Positions 37,149-49,139 are shown, numbered from the stretch's first letter. The stretch is 64,000 nt of DNA from Leucoraja erinacea (GCF_028641065.1 NC_073379.1:58962001-59026000), one strand, 5' to 3'. Numbers and translations: made by a program. Notes: generated by a model not told the origin, from the sequence alone.

Positions 37149-37160
37149 CAAGATGGCGGC
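37149..37160 (+). promoter_or_regulatory. YY1-consensus motif CAAGATGGCGGC overlapping the ORF start
   Basis: Exact YY1 consensus at position +17 from the TSD-defined 5' end. Confidence 0.4.
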
Positions 37161-40119
37161 GTGCACGGTCGCAGCGGCTCACGGCTCTCTGTCTCGATGC
37201 TCGTTCTTGTTGTTTGTGTACGTTGTGTTGTCCGTGTACGTCTTTGCTGTCGGTTCTGCGAGCACCCGCTACACCCGCTACACCCGACAGAACCTCGTGG
37301 ATATCGGTGATATCGGTGACCAGCGTCAGACTGCGGTTTCGGGTGTCTTCCATCGCAAGTATAACATCCCGGGCGACATAGCAAGACCACCGGGGTCCCC
37401 GTGGATTGTTGTCGGGTCTAGGAGGCGGCGCAGACGGAGGAGAGAGAGGAAGCAGAAGCGAGGCCGCAGGTCCGGTGCTTTGCTAAGGCTAAGGAATCGA
37501 CCACACAAGCCACCTCTACCGAGCCTGTATCTCTCCAACGCCAGATCCCTGGTTCACAAAATGGATGACCTGGAAGTACAACTCGCCGGAAATCAATATG
37601 TCCGCGACTGCTGTGTTATGATCATCACCGAAACCTGGCTTCACCCGGGGATACCTGATGCTAGCATGCAGCTAGCAGGACGCTTTCTACTCCGCGGGGA
37701 CAGGACTATGGACTCCCGTAAGAGCAGGGGAGGGGGTCTCTGTATATACGTGCATGAGAATTGGTGCAACAACGGGACAATCATAGACAATCATTGTTCC
37801 CCTGACCTCGAGTACATGTCTGTAAGATGCCGGCCTTTTTTTCTACCGAGAGAACTAACAGTCGTGATTGTCACGGCTGTGTATATTCCACCTGACGCCA
37901 ATGTAAACAAGGCGCTCTCTCTCCTGCTGAACACCATTAATGAACAGCAGCGGGATCACCCCGAAGGTGTTCACATAATCGCAGGGGACTTTAATAAGGC
38001 CAACTTGAAGACTGTACTGCCGAAATTCTACCAACATGTCAAGTGTTCTACTAGAGGGGTGAACACGCTGGATCATGTCTACACCAATATCAAGCACGCG
38101 TATAGAGCCATCCCCCTCCCCCAACTCGGCCAGTCAGATCATCTCTCCCTCCTGCTCTCTCCAGCCTACACCCCCCTCAGACACAGTGCCAGGCCCACCA
38201 TAAGATCTGTTACAACCTGGCCTGAAAATGCACTCTCCAATCTACAGGACTGCTTTACACAGACAAACTGGGACATATTCGAACACCAGGATCTGGAAAT
38301 TTTCACAGAATCGGTGCTGGACTATATCAAGTTCTGCATCGGAAATGTGACTGTAGACAAAAACATACGGGTTTTCCCAAACCAGAAACCCTGGATGTCC
38401 AGCCAGGTCCGCACACTCCTCAGAGCCCGCGATGCTGCCTTCAGGTCAGGTGACAGAGCACTGTACAGGGCTGCTCGAGCCGATCTGAAAAGTGGTATTA
38501 AAAAAGCCAAGGCGGACCATAAGAGGAGCATAGAGTCCCACTTGTCCAGCAATAATACACGGGAGGTATGGCGGGGCATACAAGACATTACCAACTACAG
38601 AGGCTGTGCCACAAAGTCAGAAGACCTGAGTGCGCCACTGGCAGAAAAGCTAAATGGCTTCTTCTCCCGCTTTGAAACATCACAACAGCAGCACTCACCT
38701 GCTACAGCCCTGTTTCCACCCTCACCTAGCTCCTGTACTACTCCACTCACTGTCAGGGAGCACGATGTCAGACGGGTGCTCCTGGCAGTGAACCCCAAGA
38801 AGGCTACCGGCCCAGATGGAGTACCTGGTAAGGTGCTCAAAGCGTGCGCCCACCAGCTCACTGCCATCTTCACCAGAATTTTCAACCTCTCCCTGGACCA
38901 GGCAGTTATTCCGTCCTGCCTAAAATCAGCCACAATCGTCCCTGTGCCGAAGAAGTCTCCCATCACCAGCCTTAATGACTACCGTCCTGTGGCCCTCACT
39001 CCGGTAATCACGAAGTGCTTCGAGAGATTGGTCCTCCAGCAAATCAAGGACTATCTACCACCAGACTTCGACCCCCACCAATTCGCCTATCGCCAAAACA
39101 GATCCACAGAAGACGCCATTACCGTAGCTCTCCACTCTGTGCTGAGCCATCTGGAGCAGGGGCAGAGCTACGTCCGGATGCTCTTTGTGGATTTTAGTTC
39201 AGCCTTTAATACAATCATTCCGGACATTCTCATTGGTAAACTGGTCACTCTCGGCCTCCCCACTCTCACATGTGCCTGGATAAAGGATTTCCTCACCAAC
39301 CGGCCCCAGACTGTGAGACTCGGCCCCCACCTCTCCTCCACTCGCAGGTTGAGTACCGGTTCCCCACAGGGCTGTGTGCTAAGCCCCCTCTTATACTGTC
39401 TCTACACCTACGACTGTAGTCCGGCCCACAACAACAACCGCATCGTCAAATTTGCTGACGACACTACTGTGGTCGGACTTATTTCAAAGGGAGACGAGGC
39501 AGCCTACAGAGAGGAAGTCCTGAAGTTGACAACCTGGTGCTCAGAAAACAATCTGGCTCTGAACACCAGGAAAACAAAAGAGCTCATTGTCGACTTCAGG
39601 AGGCACAGCACCGACTTAGCCCCCCTACACATCAACGACGAGTGTGTGGAGAGGGTCAACACCTTCCGGTTTCTCGGCGTCCATATCGCTGCTGATATCT
39701 CCTGGACGGACAACACGACAGCGGTCATCAAGAAGGCTCAGCAGCGGCTGCACTTCCTGAGGGTCCTCAGGAAGCACAACCTGGACTCTAACCTGCTGCT
39801 GACCTTCTACCGCTCGTCCATCGAGAGCCTACTGACATACTGCATTACAGCATGGTATGGCAGCTGCACCATGGCAGACAGGGAGAGGCTTCAGAGGGTA
39901 ACTAGGACAGCTCAGAGGATCATTGGCTGCCCTCTCCCCTCCCTGATGGACATCTACACCTCCCGCTGCCTTAGCAGGGCAATGAAGATCATCAAAGACA
40001 GCTCCCATCCTGCGTTTGGACTGTTCGACCTGCTGCCCACTGGAAGGCGCTATAGGTGCATCAAATCCAGGACAAATAGACTCAGGAATAGTTGCTTTCC
40101 GAGAATTATAACCTGTTAA
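37153..40119 (+). CDS. APE endonuclease + reverse transcriptase, 988 aa from the first in-frame ATG
   Basis: Endonuclease motifs NARSL, ITETWL, AVYIPP, AGDFN, LDHVY, SDH. RT motifs DYRPVALT, FVDFSSAFNT, PQGCVLSP, KFADDT. Confidence 0.95.
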   Translation: MAACTVAAAHGSLSRCSFLLFVYVVLSVYVFAVGSASTRYTRYTRQNLVDIGDIGDQRQTAVSGVFHRKYNIPGDIARPPGSPWIVVGSRRRRRRRRERKQKRGRRSGALLRLRNRPHKPPLPSLYLSNARSLVHKMDDLEVQLAGNQYVRDCCVMIITETWLHPGIPDASMQLAGRFLLRGDRTMDSRKSRGGGLCIYVHENWCNNGTIIDNHCSPDLEYMSVRCRPFFLPRELTVVIVTAVYIPPDANVNKALSLLLNTINEQQRDHPEGVHIIAGDFNKANLKTVLPKFYQHVKCSTRGVNTLDHVYTNIKHAYRAIPLPQLGQSDHLSLLLSPAYTPLRHSARPTIRSVTTWPENALSNLQDCFTQTNWDIFEHQDLEIFTESVLDYIKFCIGNVTVDKNIRVFPNQKPWMSSQVRTLLRARDAAFRSGDRALYRAARADLKSGIKKAKADHKRSIESHLSSNNTREVWRGIQDITNYRGCATKSEDLSAPLAEKLNGFFSRFETSQQQHSPATALFPPSPSSCTTPLTVREHDVRRVLLAVNPKKATGPDGVPGKVLKACAHQLTAIFTRIFNLSLDQAVIPSCLKSATIVPVPKKSPITSLNDYRPVALTPVITKCFERLVLQQIKDYLPPDFDPHQFAYRQNRSTEDAITVALHSVLSHLEQGQSYVRMLFVDFSSAFNTIIPDILIGKLVTLGLPTLTCAWIKDFLTNRPQTVRLGPHLSSTRRLSTGSPQGCVLSPLLYCLYTYDCSPAHNNNRIVKFADDTTVVGLISKGDEAAYREEVLKLTTWCSENNLALNTRKTKELIVDFRRHSTDLAPLHINDECVERVNTFRFLGVHIAADISWTDNTTAVIKKAQQRLHFLRVLRKHNLDSNLLLTFYRSSIESLLTYCITAWYGSCTMADRERLQRVTRTAQRIIGCPLPSLMDIYTSRCLSRAMKIIKDSSHPAFGLFDLLPTGRRYRCIKSRTNRLRNSCFPRIITC

Positions 40120-40879
40120 TTCTAATTCACACATGCACTGACTTCACTGCCCAACACGGACTTCCATCTGTATATATGTATATATATTGTGCAGCCGCAG
40201 AAATTGTGCACCTATTCCCGCCCCCATCCCCCCCCCCCCTTCTCCCTTCTGTTTTTTGTGCTAAATTGTATGTATGCACTGAGTACGAGCAGCTTTCATT
40301 TTCACTGTACATGTATAGTGACAATAAATGGCATATCTATCTAATTCCAGGATGTCCATATTAACATACATGCCCTGTGTGCAGACGCAGGGTGATGTTG
40401 GCCTAATTTTGGATATTGTTTTGGTCATCGTTTTTTTTAAAGTCTTGAAGCCTGAGAGTGAAAGAGCCTTCAATCCACTCGAAACATCCATGCACAGATT
40501 GGGCAAACAGAAAGGAACGAAACATATTTCTATGCAAAGTTCTGTTGCAAAAAGATCTTACTCATTTGCCAGAGGCAGAAGTGCTTGATTTCAAACCATG
40601 TCTGATCGAGATTGCAAGACAGTGTTTAGAGGATTGCGTGCTGATGCATTCCCTGTAACGTAGCAGTATAAAAATAAGGATTTAATTAAGAATTGATACA
40701 GGCTGAATTACTGCATGATTCATAATTTTTAGGTAATTGGTGTGTCAGAAATGTTCAAAGCTGCAACACCTGCAGGAGGTGGTTGTTGACCTGAAGCTCA
40801 CATTTATCTGTAGTACACACTATTATTCTACAATTCATAAGCAGTAACAATTGGGAGCGTCTGACTTTTCTCACCATTT

Positions 40880-41120
40880 TTGGGGGCCTTGTGAATCTTT
40901 GGAAATCACAATGTCAATGAGTCGTGGAGGTCTATTTGAGGCTGAATACGTAGATTCTTAAAGAAGAGGAGATTCTCCTTCGGGGAATCAAGAGTTATGG
41001 GTAGGCAATAAAGTGGAATTAGGTGCAGCATCAGATCAGCTATGGATCCATTAAATGACAGGCCAGAGCAGAGGGGTTGTATGGTCTACTCCTGCTCCTT
41101 TTTCTTACGTTTTTCTTATA
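40880..41120 (+). mobile_element. Old CR1 3' end
   Basis: tgtgaatctttggaa...agatcagctatgg...ctactcctgctcct. Confidence 0.6.
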
Positions 41121-41234
41121 ATGAAATTAATCAGGAATAACGTGGAGGTTACAGAACTGGCATGGAGCTGCTCAACTAAATGGTCACCATGTGTACTGTT
41201 AAATCTAATTCTTATTATGTCCAGGTACAATAAT

Positions 41235-41480
41235 ATTGTCATTAGCAATCCAGCAGTCCTGGCTAATGATCTGGAGCTGTGAGTTCCAATCCCATCGTGG
41301 AGTATTTAAATACGGTCGGTTAAACAAATCAGCAGTTTAAAAATAATAGTTAGTGTTAGTGGTGATGACCATGGGACCATAGTTTTGTTGTTTAGAAACT
41401 CATCTCCTGCCCTCATTTGGTTTGGTCATATATGCGATTGAAATGCCCAGGAAGTTACTTGGATCTTGGGATGGGTCATA
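41235..41480 (+). mobile_element. Old degenerate SINE of a different chondrichthyan family
   Basis: tagcaatccag...ggctaatgatctggag...gagttccaatccca head. Recognised by resemblance only. Confidence 0.4.
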
Positions 41481-42309
41481 ATCTTCATGAAACACAATGC
41501 TGTCAAGCACAAACTCATTGAGGCTTATGTCAGAGTTAAATATTTGCTTTGCAGCATTTAATATGTAAAAATAAGTGACATTAAAATTTCAAAATACAAC
41601 TTTTGCAGCACAATTGTCATCATCTTTGATTTATGTTTATTCACAACATTATGCATCATCTGATGACTCAGGTAAGTAAGCAATGGTTAGAAAGGTCTGC
41701 ATTTATAATACCCATCCCCTGACAACTGGCATGCAAAAGGTTCCTTCTGTTTCCCAACAAAAGGCTTGCCAGCATGTTGCTTATCAGTCATATATTGTGG
41801 GATCAGTTTATGTTGAGAACAATATGGATGTAAAGTCGAGGAGTGATAAAGTGCTGAATGTCACTGTTCTCTGTTTATTCCAATTTAAACTTGTCCATAT
41901 AAATCAGCTCTAATGTGGCAAGGAGAAGCGTAATGAAAACACCACTAACTCACGAGCTATACTTGTGTAGATTCAGTTTGCTGTTTTCAGCCTTTTTGTT
42001 TCAGGGTAAAGATGAGCGGCATTGGCATTTAAAATGTGTGTATCTCTCAAGATTTTCTCTTTTCCATTCTCAGGCAAAGCCTAATTTTTTCTGCTATAAT
42101 TTAGTGACTGGCATTTGGCCTTTGATACCTTCCTGAAATTATCATTACCATGTGTAAATAGTAGCTGCTGGTTGACTAGATGGGGCATTGGAACAGAATT
42201 TGATTTGGTCACTTTCTAGCAGAGGTCACTGGGTAGCAATCAGGAGAAGGAAGCATGGGCGATCATTCTTTTCTTTTCCTTGACCTACAAGCCAGTTTCT
42301 ATTGATTTC

Positions 42310-45260
42310 AAGCATAAACACAAAATACTGGAAATAGAAGTATTGGGCAGGATCTGTGAAAAAAGAGGGAGACAGATTTCACCTTTCGAGTTGTCATGAG
42401 GACTGGAAAAAGTAAGAAATTAAGTTTAGTTTACAAAAGTTTTGTTTACTTTAGCTTAGTTTAGTTTAGAGATACGACATGGAAACAAGTCGTTTGGACA
42501 ACTGCAGTCACGCGGACCATCGATCACAGTAGGAGGAAACCAGGGGACCCAAATGAAACCCACAGTCACAGGGAGAATGAGCCATCTCCACGCCGGTCAG
42601 GTCTCTGGTGCTCTGAGACAGCAGCTCCATCAGGTAAACCACTGTGCCACCCTTGAGGGAAACGTTGAGGGAAAAGCCGGGCAGAGAAAGTGAAAGGAAA
42701 AGTCCATGATACGAAGGAGGACAGGAGAGAGAGATTGAGTGACACAAGTTGTTGTTGAAATCAGGGTGGTAGAGGTTCATTATTTATAAAAGGTTTGTCC
42801 AAAGGTCATAAATTAACCTTTAGAACCTTTAGAATCTACGAGAAAAGTGAGGACAAATATGGAAAGGTGGGAATGTAAATATCAGACTGGAATGGTTGAT
42901 TATCTGAAAATGTTGCATTTCAGTGAGTCCTGAAAAAGCAAGATTACAACATTTTGAGATTTTAAAAATCAAGTCTGCAATTTATACCATCAGATAAAGC
43001 ATAAAAAGAAGTTTAATTTGACACCTAATTCACTTTCATATCTTCAGTATTAAAAAAGCTATGGCCATTTTCATACTCAGAAATTAGCATCTTGTTCCCT
43101 ATTGCTTTTCCATTGACTTAACACAAAAGCTGTGATCGAGGACAGTCAAATGCCCATAACTTTCTTAAAAATCAAGAGATTGAATGAAATTTTCAGTTAT
43201 TTTAGATTGAAGCATTCTGAAACAAATATAAAACATCTTACTTGGATGACCTGAAATTAAAGCATATAATTAGTTAATTACCTAATTGTAGTTAATTACA
43301 AAATTAACCGTTGTGACGGAAATAGTAATAAACACCCAGACTGCCTTGAAAATTCAAAAATGTGATATTCTCAAGATCAGAACTTTAATATTATTGTTTT
43401 ATATGCTGTAAGTCCATAACAGATAGGTAAATAAATTACAATTTCTAGCAATAGACCAAGTCTTTATGGAGAAAATCAGTTGCTAGCTAGTATATTTGCA
43501 TATCATAATCAGTAGCATCATCATACTCCTCAGATTGTAACCAATAAGCAACTCTGTACACCTTGTTTTTGCTCAACTTTTCATTTTTGGCATTGTAAAC
43601 TACAAGTTTTTGCTCTTCAAGCCACACATGACATGCCTTTCTGCCCACTACTTTCCCATTAAGAATGTCCTGAAGATTCCATTTCTTAAAAAAATGATAA
43701 TTTTTAAAAATAGCCTAAGTATCCAAATAACTAAATCCCATTCACACAAGAATTCACAATATAACATGAATTTTAAATCTCACTGTCATGAACATATGCC
43801 AGATGGAAGGAATTTATTTTTTAATTCCCATAAATTAATCTAGAAACATCCACTCAATATAATTTAAATTATTTTTTGCACAATACAACTAAAACTGATA
43901 TTTAGTATAAAAATATTAACAATGGGCAGACAATAACACAAAATATAGACGATTTAGATGCTCTTCTGTCATGTTTGTCCATAAAAAAGAGCATTTTAAT
44001 CATCTTGCTAGTGGGTTTTTCTGGAACGCGATCAATTGGAACGTTGCATTTGTGGTGAATTTGAACCCCATATCGGCAGGAAAACACTGCCGGTTTGTAT
44101 GGGGCCCAAATAATATTTTCGCAATGTAAAATTAGATTAAAGCCATCCCAAGAAACAAGTTTATATGTAACATAAACAACTTAAATTATGTTTTGTCCCC
44201 TTTGTGCAAACCGTCATGTTGTAGGCATTGAAGTGTCACTTTTTGAGAAGTCACTTTTTATTTCAATCTAATTATTAAATTGTTTCGCAAATAAATAAAT
44301 AAATATATCGGGACAGAAGTCCGATTGATCGTTCTTCAGCAGCTTAGCAGCCCGAGGAAAGCCGCCTCGGATAAGCAGGAGAAAACAGCATTTTAACCCT
44401 GCCCCCCCCCCCCCCTCAAAGGCGCCAAAGTCACGCACACGGCCAGTGGCAGAACTGCAGCGCCGCTGAAGGTTAGTTTTGTAACATCGCTACCTGAAGG
44501 CAGTAATGTGCCAGTGGGAGAATGAGGTGTTGCTCATCAAATTTATGTTGATCTTTGCTGTAACTGGGTAAAGCCCTAAAGACAAAAGTAGGAGTATTAT
44601 TCGGGTGGAGAATTAAAGTGACAAGCAACTGGAAGCTTGTGAAGGAATGACAGTGTTCAGCAAAAGAACAGCCATTCTGTGTTTGGTTTCTCATTGCAGA
44701 AAAATACTAGATAAAGAGTAAGTAAATCACTGCTTCATCTGGATGTTGTGCTTGGATCCCTGAACCATGGCGTAAAAGGGGAGGGATTGCAATTTCTGCA
44801 GTTACATGAAAAAATGGAATGTGAATAAGAATGGACATTAATAGCGATGAAAGTATGAATCAGGGATCCATGGAGGGAATGATCTCTTGGGAATGCTGGA
44901 AGGAGCAGAGAGAGGAAGATGTGCTGTTGATGGTATCACGATGGAAGTGATGGAAATTACAGAGTATGATATAGTATGACAGAGTATTACTGAAATCAAG
45001 TGTGGCAGTGGATGGGCGGAAATTGCAGACAAGGGGAACACTTTTCTTGTTCTTGATGGAGGTGAGTGTGCGAGAGAGGAGCAAGAGAAATGGAACATAT
45101 ATATTTGTGAATCCTGAGTGAATAACAAACTGTTCTGGGACTCAACAGGTCCGGGACTCTTGTGGTTCCATGGTCGAGAATCCCATCAACTGTAGTTAAG
45201 GAGAAAGGAAGACTTAGTGACAGCACCAGGTTTATAAGGGCCCTGCCACAAAGCATGATC
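42310..45260 (-). mobile_element. Degenerate Penelope-like element (pLTR + GIY-YIG region), interrupted by a SINE (42445-42655) and a DNA transposon (42935-44493)
   Basis: Minus-strand LPVACHFNSP, KFDEQHLI, GTLLPSGL (rejoined across the insertion) and IILCNFHHFHRD, parallel to the 47580-48545 copy. Confidence 0.65.
42935..44493. mobile_element. AT-rich non-autonomous DNA transposon, about 1.56 kb
   Basis: Imperfect TIR (aaagcaagattacaaca vs gtagcgatgttacaaaa). CTGAA duplicated at 42930-42934 and 44494-44498. Confidence 0.7.
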
Positions 45261-45289
45261 ACCCTGGACCGCCCTGGACACCCTCACAT

Positions 45290-46563
45290 TTTTTGAGGAT
45301 GTGACAAATAAAATGGATGAAGGGATGGCAGTGGATGTAGTGTATCTAGACTTTCAGAAAGCCTTTGATAAGGTCCCGCACGGGAGACTGGTGACTAAAA
45401 TTTGAACACATGGTATTGGGGGTAGGGTGTTGACGTGGATAGAAAATTGGTTGGCAGACAGGAAGCAAAGAGTAGTAGTGAACGGGTCCTTTTCAGAATG
45501 GCAGGCAGTGGTGAGTGGAGTGCCGCGAGGCTCAGTGTTGGGGCCGCAACTGTTTACCATATATATTAATGATTTGGAAGAGGGAATTAGGAGCAACACT
45601 AGCAAGTTTGCGGACAACACAAAGCTGGGTGGTAGTGTGAACTGTGAAGAGGATATTAGGAGGTTGCAGGGTGACCTGGACAGGTTGAGTGAGTGGACAG
45701 ATGCCTGGCAGGTGCAGTATAATATTGATAAATGTGAGGTTATCCACTTCGGCGGCAAAAACAAAGGGGCAGGTTATTATCTCAATGGGGTTAGGTTAGG
45801 TAAGGGGGGGGGGGGGCGGGAGGTGCAGCGAGACCTGGGCGTCCTTGAACACTGGTCACTGAAAGTTGGCTTACAGGTACAGCAGGCAGTGAAGAAAGCT
45901 AATGGAATGTTGGCCTTCATAACAAGAGGATTTCAGTATAGGAGTAAAGAGGTTCTTCTGCAGTTGTATAGGGCTCTGGTGAGACCACGTCTGGAGTATT
46001 GTGTACAGTTTTCGTCTCCTAATTTGAGGAAGGACATCCTTGTGATTGAGGCAGTGCAGCGTAGGTTCACGAGATTGATCCCTGGGATGGCGGGACTGTC
46101 ATATAAGGAAAGATTAAAAAGACTAGGCTTGTATTCACTGGAGTTTAGAAGGATGAGGGGGATCTTATAGAAACATATAAAATTATAAAAGGACTGGACA
46201 AGCTAGATGCAGGAAAAATGTTCCCAATGTTGGGCGTGTCCAGAACCAGGGGCCACAGTCTTGGAATAAAAGGGAGGTCATTTTTCTCAACATTTGAATT
46301 GAGAAAAAACGTTTTCACCCAGAGAGTTGTGAATTTATGGAATTCCCTGCCACAGAGGGCAGTGGAGGCCAAGTTACTGGATGGATTTACGAGAGAGTTA
46401 GATAGAGCTCTAGGGGCTAGTGGAGTCACAGGATATGGGGAGAAGGCAGGCACGGGTTATTGATAGGGGACGATCAGCCATGATCACAATGAATGGCGGT
46501 GCTGGCTCGAAGGGCCGAATGACCTCCTCCTGCACCTAATTTCTATGTTTCTATGTTTCTATG
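45290..46563 (+). mobile_element. 5'-truncated CR1 with stop and frameshifts
   Basis: ORFs 45427-46170 and 46218-46463 are collinear with 16268-18070. (tttctatg)n tail. Confidence 0.95.
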
Positions 46564-47579
46564 GATATCCATTCTTCCATATTATATTCATATTTTGTTC
46601 ATAGTCTCAAACTTCATTGTGAGATCAATTAGAGCCGAAAATCTTATTTCTCTCCTTTTATGATGTTGCTTTATTCCTGCTGATCTCAAGGATTGTGTGG
46701 AATGACCTAGCAGTTGATCCCATCATAATGACATAAGTAGGGAATCATAGTTGGGAACTATGCTAGAGTGAATTAAAATCAGTATAGAAGCAGTAATTAA
46801 ACTAAAGTGCTTCATTGATTTTGTTATTTCATTCATGCAGATTAATTCAACTCCCTCGCACAATTACACTTCATCCTCCTTCGAGCAAGAGCCCCTGCTG
46901 ATCTCACAATTTAGGCAAAAGTTTAAAAAGGCAAGATGTCTATTGTGGTCATATGGACTTTCATTCTAAAGTTGGACACGGGGAAATTCCCAATTCTAAT
47001 GAAAAGTAGTCCCTCCATTTAACCAATAATTGTGTGAAAAACAAGGAAATGAAATCTTCCTTATATAAAAGGTAGAAACAGGAAACAAGAAACTGCAGGT
47101 GCTAGTTTACAAAAAAGGACCCAGAGTGTGTGAGTTGCTCAGCGGGTCAAGCAACATCTGCGGAGTACGTGGATAGGCAAGGTATCAGGTCGGGACCCTT
47201 TTTGAGACGGATTGTTGGGGGGGGAGAGGGAAAGAAAGCTGGAAGAGATGAGAGGCAGGTTAAAGCCTGGCAGGTAATAGGCCAATGCTGATGAGAAGGG
47301 TTTTTTGACAAGCAGATGAATGGACAAAGGCCAGAGATTAAAAGTCAGTATGTGTGAGACAAAAGGATTAAAGAATTGTAAATTGTGAAACTGGAGGAAA
47401 TAAGGTACGTGGAAAGGGAGAGAGAGGGGAGAAATAGGTGCGAATTCTGGTAAGCAGAGGGGAGGTGGGGCAGAAAGAATGGGGAGGGGTTGGTATATGA
47501 GAGAAGAAGGGAGAGGGGATGGGCTATGCAGTTACCAAAAATGGGGGAATTCAATGTTCACGCAATTGAGTTGTAAAAA

Positions 47580-47860
47580 TGTGTTTGGAAAAACAGTCGC
47601 CGAGTCTACGCTTGGCCTTGCTGATGTACAGGAGGCCACACTGGGAACACCGGATGCAGTAGACAAGGTTAGACAAGGTATAAGTGAGCCTCTGTCTCAC
47701 CTGGGAGGACAGCTGGGGTCCCTGGATGGAGGTGAGGGAGAAGGTATCAGAACAAGTGTTACATCTCCTGCAGTTCCCAGGGAAAGTACCTGGTGCCGGC
47801 ATGGTTTGGGTGGAACGGGATGAATGAATCAATGAGTTGTGAAGGGAGTAGTCTCTGCAG
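47580..47860 (-). pseudogene. Penelope GIY-YIG endonuclease fragment
   Basis: PGTFPGNCRRCNTC...SNLVYCIRCSQCGLLYISKAKRRLGDCFSKH: VY-x-CxxC-YI(G) signature of PLE endonucleases. Confidence 0.85.
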
Positions 47861-48162
47861 AAGATACTTCTGCTCTCGGACCCCCTCCCCCCGGATGGAA
47901 TAAGCACAGAATTCCCCAGGTCCTCACCTTTCATCCCCCAGTCTCTGCAACCAACACATTATCCTCTGACATTTCCATCACCTCCAACGTAATCCCACAA
48001 CCAGTCACATTGTACAATCCCTAACACTTATGCTTGGCCCACCAATGTCTGCAGGATCTCCTGGTTGCTTTACATTTTAACTCCTCCTCACATTCCCATA
48101 CTGACCTCTCTGTCCTGACTCCATTACCAGAGTGAGGTAACATGAAAACTGAAGGAACAACA

Positions 48163-48486
48163 TAGGCGGCATGGCAGTGCTGTGCGGTGCGGTGCGGTGA
48201 TAGAGTTGCTACCTTACAGAGCCAGAGTCTTGTCAATGGGTATTGGCTGTATGGCGTTTGTGTGTTCTCCTCATGACCTGTGTGGGTTTTCTACAGCATT
48301 TCCAGTTACCTCCCACACTCCAAAGACATACATGTTTGTAGGTTAATTGGCTTTGGTAAAATTGTGAATATAGGATAGGATAGTGTGTGTAGGATAGTGT
48401 TAGAGTGTGGGGATCGCTGGTCGGCGCAGATTTGGTGGACCAAGGGATTTGTTTTTGCACTGAATCTCCAAACTAAACTAAACTAA
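48163..48486 (+). mobile_element. tRNA-derived SINE inserted in the Penelope ORF
   Basis: Homologous to 31358-31670. Splits the host ...KLKEQH|LIFHLG. Confidence 0.85.
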
Positions 48487-48951
48487 TCTCATATTCCACT
48501 TGGGTAACTTGTTAAGAACATTGAATTCACCAATTTTAGGTAACTACATAATCTTCCTCCTCTCCATTCTTCCTGTATAACCCTTGCCCCTCTTCTTTCC
48601 CTTTCCCCATTCCTCTGCAACCCATCTGGAATTGCACCTATTTCTTCCCTCCCCGTTTCGTTCCACTTACATTCCTTCTTCTAGCTACACAATTCGCAAC
48701 TCTTCAATCATTTTGTCTCATTTTTTTCTTTCATTTTTGGCCTTTTGTGTAACTATTTGCCTATCAAATAACCCTTCTCACGTGCGTCAGCCTCTAACCT
48801 GTCAAGCTTTATCCTGTCCCTTCTCTCCTCCAGCTATCTTTCCTCTCTCCTACAATCAGACTGAAGAAGGGTCCCAACCTGAAACATCGCCTATTCATGT
48901 TCCCCTGAAATGCTGCCTGACCCGTTGAGCTACTCCAGCACTCTGGCTCTT

Positions 48952-49097
48952 CTTGCCTCCACCGCCCTCTAAAGCAGAAAATTCCACATACTCTCACAAC
49001 TCTCTGTGTGCGAAAACGTGTTTCCTCATCTCCGTTCTAAATGGCTTACCCCTTATTCTTAATGTGGCCCTGGTTCTGGACTCCCCCAACATCAGGA
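48952..49097 (-). mobile_element. CR1 3' fragment
   Basis: gcctccaccgccctc...ctggactcccccaacat. Confidence 0.7.
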
Positions 49098-49139
49098 TGA
49101 TGATGGTCATTAGCTGATACCTTATAAAGTCAATTGAAG

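Larger units (their letters stand above)
37133..40341 (+). mobile_element. Full-length Rex1/Babar non-LTR retrotransposon
   Basis: 9-bp TSD TAATTCCAG (37124-37132 and 40342-40350), single intact ORF, 3' stem tcactgtacatgtatagtga-caataaa and (tatc)n tail. Confidence 0.92.
47085..48950. mobile_element. Penelope-like element with inverted termini and GIY-YIG remnants
   Basis: 47085-47560 is the inverted counterpart of 48490-48950. GIY-YIG coding remnants lie on both strands between them. Confidence 0.8.
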
